From a candidate division WOR-3 bacterium (lineage in GTDB: Bacteria; Hydrothermota; Hydrothermia; LBFQ01), in NCBI GenBank assembly GCA_027050205.1, contig JALUCS010000005.1, forward strand, positions 1 to 21,033: 21,033 nt of DNA. Reading direction: 5' to 3'. Under the pieces are notes generated by a model, which was not told the origin of the DNA, did no database searches, and saw only the letters and a list, made by a program, of their open reading frames with translations. Made by a program: the position numbers and the translations under genes. Numbering within the stretch: the stretch's first letter is position 1; each line of letters opens with the position of its first letter. Positions 17,250 to 21,033 of the stretch are shown one piece after another.

Positions 17250-18046
17250 GGAAGCCCTTCTTCATAGCCGGGCCGTGCGTCATAGAGGGCGAGGGGATGG
17301 TGATGGACGTCGCCCACGAACTCAAGGGCATCGCGGAGAGGTACGGCGTAAGGCTCTACTTCAAAGCCTCCTACGACAAGGCCAACCGCACGTCCATAGA
17401 GAGCTTCAGGGGACCCGGCCTTGAGGAAGGTTTGAGGATACTCAAGAGGGTGAGGGAGGAGGTCGGCCTTCCCGTTCTGACGGACGTACACGACACCCAC
17501 GACGTTCCGAGGGTGGGGGAGGTGGTGGACGTGGTGCAGATACCGGCCTTTCTCTCCCGCCAGACCGACCTCTTAGTTGCCGCTGGAAAGACGGGCAAGG
17601 TGGTGAACATCAAAAAGGCCCAGTTCATGGCCCCGTGGGACGTCAAGTACGCCGTTGAGAAGGTAAGGAGTACGGGGAACGGTGAGGTGTGGGTGACGGA
17701 GAGGGGTACCCTCTTCGGGTACGGGGACTTAGTGGTGGATATGCGGGGCCTCATCTGGATGAGGAGGGACGGCCTCACGGTGGTGTACGACGCCACCCAC
17801 TCCCTCCAGGTGCTTTCGGGCAGGGGGAAGGTATCCGGAGGCCACCGGGACCTGATAACCCACCTCCTCCGGGGTGCCGTAGCCGTGGGGATAGACGGGA
17901 TATTCGCCGAGGTGCATCCGGACCCGCCCCGCGCCCTATCCGACGCCGCAACCCAGTTCCCCCTAAAGGAATTCCCCCGCCTCGTGGAGATGGCCCTGGA
18001 GCTATACGAGGTGGCCAGCCGCTGGTACAACTTTGAGGTGAGATGA
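17246..18046 (+). CDS. kdsA: KDO 8-phosphate synthase (2-dehydro-3-deoxyphosphooctonate aldolase), metal-dependent type
   Basis: Motifs IAGPCVIE, FKASYDKANRTS, QIPAFLSRQTDLL, DATHSLQ and EVHPDP..ALSD. Confidence 0.96.
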   Translation: MRKPFFIAGPCVIEGEGMVMDVAHELKGIAERYGVRLYFKASYDKANRTSIESFRGPGLEEGLRILKRVREEVGLPVLTDVHDTHDVPRVGEVVDVVQIPAFLSRQTDLLVAAGKTGKVVNIKKAQFMAPWDVKYAVEKVRSTGNGEVWVTERGTLFGYGDLVVDMRGLIWMRRDGLTVVYDATHSLQVLSGRGKVSGGHRDLITHLLRGAVAVGIDGIFAEVHPDPPRALSDAATQFPLKEFPRLVEMALELYEVASRWYNFEVR

Positions 18047-18594
18047 TAACCTTAATAGCCCTCCTTGACGTTGGGTACTTCCCGGAGGTCAAACTCCTCG
18101 CCGCCAAGGGCGTAGAGGTCGGGAAGATAAAGGTACTCCCCTCAAAGACGGGGAGGGTGGAGGTCTCCAAGGAGGGGTTGAGGGTGGTGAAGAGGGGGAG
18201 GACCCTCTTCCTGTTGGTTGATAGCCCAACGGACAGTGTCGTCCTCAAGGTGCCGAGGGGGATAGACTTAGAGATGGCGACCCTAAGGAGCGAGGTTGAG
18301 ATCAGGGGGGTGAGCCTGAAGGCCGTAGGTATAAACGACGTCGCCGGCCGTCTAAGAATAAGGGGAGGGGAGTTCGGGGACCTCAGCCTGACCCTCGTTG
18401 ATAGCGAGGTCCTGATGGAGGGGTGTAAGGTGGAGAGGATGGAGTTGGGGGCGATGGGTTCCCGCATAACCGTAAGGAAGAGCCGGATAAACTCCCTCAA
18501 CCTGAACGCCACCAAGGGGAAGATGATCCTGGAGGCCACCACCGTAGGGGAGTTTCAAAAGACCGTAAAGGACTTTCGCGTAGTATGGCGGTGA
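18043..18594 (+). CDS. Hypothetical exported protein, possibly DUF4097-like beta-solenoid
   Basis: ATGA overlap with kdsA, short hydrophobic N-terminus, and periodic beta-strand pattern in the C-terminal half. Confidence 0.6.
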   Translation: MITLIALLDVGYFPEVKLLAAKGVEVGKIKVLPSKTGRVEVSKEGLRVVKRGRTLFLLVDSPTDSVVLKVPRGIDLEMATLRSEVEIRGVSLKAVGINDVAGRLRIRGGEFGDLSLTLVDSEVLMEGCKVERMELGAMGSRITVRKSRINSLNLNATKGKMILEATTVGEFQKTVKDFRVVWR

Positions 18595-19427
18595 TGGGCA
18601 TAGACGTAGGGGGGACGGGGAGCCGGTACGTCCTCCTTGACGGCGATGGCAAAGTGGTGGAGACGGGGGAAATGAACTGGAGGTACGGCGAAGGGATAGA
18701 TGCCCTCGCCTCCGAGATAGGGGAAATGAAGGGGAGGACAGGGGCGGAGAGGGTCGGCGTGGCGATGCGGGGGGTGTGGAGGGAGGAGGAGAGGGAGGAG
18801 ATGAGGAAGAAGTTGGGGGTGGATGTGGTGATGAGCGACGTTGAGGGGGCCTTCTACGACGCTTTCAAAGACGAGGGCCTCGTCGTCGTAGCCGGGACGG
18901 GGTCCATCTGCTACGGCAGGAAGGGGGAGAGGGTGAGCCGTTTCGGGGGCTTCGGTCCCCTCATAGACGACTGGGGGAGCGGTTTCTGGATGGGGAGGCT
19001 GGCCGTGGAGATAGCCCTGAAGAAGGAGAGTTTCTTGAGGCTCGCCCTCTTCGGTACGGAGGACCTGAACGCCATCCGGGACATTCTGGCCAGCATCCAG
19101 AGGAGACCCTTTCCGGAGATGGTGAGGGAGATAGCCCGGTACGCCAAGGTTGTAATTAAGGCCGCAGAGATGGGGGAAGAGGACGCCTCCTTCGTCGTAA
19201 AGAGCGCCCTAAGGGAACTCCTCGGTATGTGCCTGTGGGTGAGGGAGGACCTCGGAAACGTCAGAAACATAGCCCTTCACGGAGGTCTGTTCAGATCGCC
19301 GTTTTTCAGGAGGCACTTCGTGAGCCTTTTGAAGAGGTACGCTTTCCAGCGAATAGTTGAGAGTACGGATGCGGCGAGAGGGGTGGGGAGGTGGATGTTG
19401 GAGACCGAGTTGAAGGGGGGCCGATAA
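18585..19427 (+). CDS. BadF/BadG/BcrA/BcrD-type ATPase, N-acetylglucosamine/N-acetylmuramate kinase-like
   Basis: Motifs GIDVGGT, VVAGTGSI, GGFGPLIDDWGSGFWMG and LHGGLF. Confidence 0.85.
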   Translation: MAVMGIDVGGTGSRYVLLDGDGKVVETGEMNWRYGEGIDALASEIGEMKGRTGAERVGVAMRGVWREEEREEMRKKLGVDVVMSDVEGAFYDAFKDEGLVVVAGTGSICYGRKGERVSRFGGFGPLIDDWGSGFWMGRLAVEIALKKESFLRLALFGTEDLNAIRDILASIQRRPFPEMVREIARYAKVVIKAAEMGEEDASFVVKSALRELLGMCLWVREDLGNVRNIALHGGLFRSPFFRRHFVSLLKRYAFQRIVESTDAARGVGRWMLETELKGGR

Positions 19428-19433
19428 CTCCCC

Positions 19434-19439
19434 TATAAT
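19434..19439 (+). promoter_or_regulatory. Putative -10 element (TATAAT)
   Basis: Perfect hexamer in the 34-nt gap, 22 nt before the ATG at 19462. Confidence 0.5.
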
Positions 19440-19461
19440 ACCCTCATATTCGGTTTAACCT

Positions 19462-20817
19462 ATGCTGTGGATGTTCCTTGCAAAGGACACGCTTTACCTT
19501 ACGAAGGACAAAAGACCCCTCGTCCTCAAACCCGTAGAGACGACGGTTGAGGAGGAGAATTTCAGGCATAGGTTCAGCATCAACGAGTTCGTTTATCCGA
19601 CGCAGATAAGCAGGGGCTACTTCGGAGGAACAGCATACTTCTACCAGATGATAGGGGGTCTCCTCCCCTCTGCTGGCTTCTCCTTCAGCGTCAGGGGACT
19701 GCCACCCACAAGCAACAGGATGTATATCAACGGCATACCCCTGCTCAACATGATGTTGAGCAGCCTCGCACCCCTGCCCATAAACGAGAATCTCGTATCC
19801 TCTGCCCGTGTTTACCGTGGAGATGCCCCGATGGAGTACGACGGCTTCTTAGGTGGGGTGATAGACATGAACGTTGAGCCTCTTTACAACAAGGTGCAGG
19901 TAGGACTACCCACAACTTACGCCTTTTACAGGGGATTCTACGGTCAGTACTCCAGTCCAACCTACCTAAACGTCCCACCCATAACCGATCCCCGCGTCAA
20001 GGGTAGCACCGAGAACTACTCTGCGGGGTTGGTGCGTAGGTTCTGGAGAAATCGCCTGAAATTGACCGCTCTATATGGCCATTCGTGGATGGGGATAAGG
20101 ATAAGATCCGAAAGGGACAGTATGCGGATGTATGCCGCCCTCAACGGCTACGGGACATCGCTAACCTTCAACTCCGGTCCTATATCTTCCATTCTGTATG
20201 CCTACGTGTCGGATAACGCCTACGATATGATGGGAACTTACGGTAGTGCCGGGAAGGTGGCGGTTAGGGTATCTTACGGGAACGTAGGGGAACGTCTCGT
20301 AATGCACGGCTTAGGAATGGAGTTTGAAGTGGGGGATAACGTAGCGAAGGATAACCTATCTGCGTCTTCCCTCTCCTACCGAACTTTCCATATTTCCCTC
20401 TTCGCTTCCCATAGATGGGATTTCTCCCGATCCTTCCTGTACGCCGGGGTGCGTCTCAACTACTCCAGGGATACCATCTACAGCCCAGAATTCCCCGGAT
20501 ATAACTACGGCATAGAGGGGATCATACCCACCTTCAGGATAAACTACAAGTGGTTCGTCAGCGACGTCAGGGCCTTCAAGGTCTTCGTCGGGAGTTCCTA
20601 TCAGAGCTACGCTCCCTTCTTCTACCTTCCCTTTATGGACCTGTACCCCTCCCCCTACTTCAGGGAGTACCCCTACGCCTACACCGCCAGCGTTGGCGAG
20701 GAGAGGCTTATAGGGGACTACGCCCTTGAGGTCAACCTCTACGCCCGCCTCTTTGAACCCTTTGTTTTCTACCTGAACTCCTCCACAACACCCCATTGTA
20801 AGCGACAAGTTTTATAA
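19462..20817 (+). pseudogene. TonB-dependent receptor-like outer membrane protein, probably truncated by IS insertion
   Basis: Plug-domain pattern FSVRGL...MYINGIPL...INENLVSSARVYRGDAPMEYDGFLGGVIDM, followed by amphipathic aromatic-rich beta strands. Ends abruptly (PHCKRQVL*) in AT-rich DNA without a terminal aromatic beta-signal. Confidence 0.6.
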
Positions 20818-21033
20818 AAACCGGGCTTGTTTCATAGGGATTAATTCATTATCACGTCCGACTTCGCATCAGTCTTGCTACAGCCTTAGAATATACGCCC
20901 TATGAGGACAACAAAAAGCAACGGCGCGAACCAATGGAAGCACCCCCGCCCCGAATGGGTGTTGAGGTACCTTGAGGAGTTGAAAAAGGAGAAAGGGAAA
21001 AACCTGCAGGTAAAGTACGTGAATGGGTCGTGG
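20791..21033 (+). mobile_element. Probable left end of an insertion sequence (IS1634/IS4-like); boundary approximate
   Basis: Drop in GC near CCCCATTGTAAGCGACAAG, interruption of the upstream ORF, and a transposase-like ORF start about 110 nt inside. Confidence 0.5.
20902..21033 (+). CDS. N-terminus of a probable transposase (partial, runs off the window)
   Basis: MRTTKSNGANQWKHPRPEWVLRYLEELKKEKGKNLQVKYVNGSW. The PEWV...KG...VKxxNG pattern recalls IS1634-like transposase N-termini. TAGAAT (20887-20892) lies 9 nt before the ATG. Confidence 0.5.
   Translation, partial: MRTTKSNGANQWKHPRPEWVLRYLEELKKEKGKNLQVKYVNGSW

Noticed and set aside
277..20808. Numerous antisense and alternate-frame ORFs (e.g. 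277..909-, 3475..4152-, 5042..5713-, 17775..18542-)
   Set aside because: They are shadows of well-supported genes in GC-rich DNA, with no motifs or independent expression signals.
1..21033. CRISPR array, tRNA, rRNA or known riboswitch
   Set aside because: No regularly spaced repeats, cloverleaf or recognisable riboswitch consensus was seen by eye. An Infernal scan was not possible.

Overview
Chromosomal window from a GC-rich (about 60%) diderm bacterium. kdsA, lipoproteins and a TonB-receptor-like gene indicate an outer membrane. ATA/AGG-biased codon usage suggests a thermophile, and an FCB-related lineage such as WOR-3 is my inference only. Left part: 3' end of a P5C dehydrogenase gene, an HD-hydrolase/TatD/CNNM operon, and gcvH-gcvPA coupled to a DASS transporter. 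Middle (5.9-16.1 kb): four large secreted proteins with T9SS-like C-terminal sorting domains (one LVIVD-repeat protein, one with a duplicated domain, two tandem FG-GAP paralogs) plus two lipoproteins. Right part: nurA, kdsA, a hypothetical gene, a BadF-type sugar kinase, and a TonB-receptor-like gene apparently cut short by an IS. Three window-wide signals stand out. (1) Six non-lipoprotein exported proteins carry ultra-short, charge-free N-terminal signal peptides (6-9 hydrophobic residues, three followed by Gln), while the lipoproteins have canonical ones. (2) Almost every operon-first gene has TAnAAT only 7-10 nt before its ATG, suggesting leaderless expression, and downstream genes are mostly coupled by overlaps. 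(3) TCGA is nearly absent.
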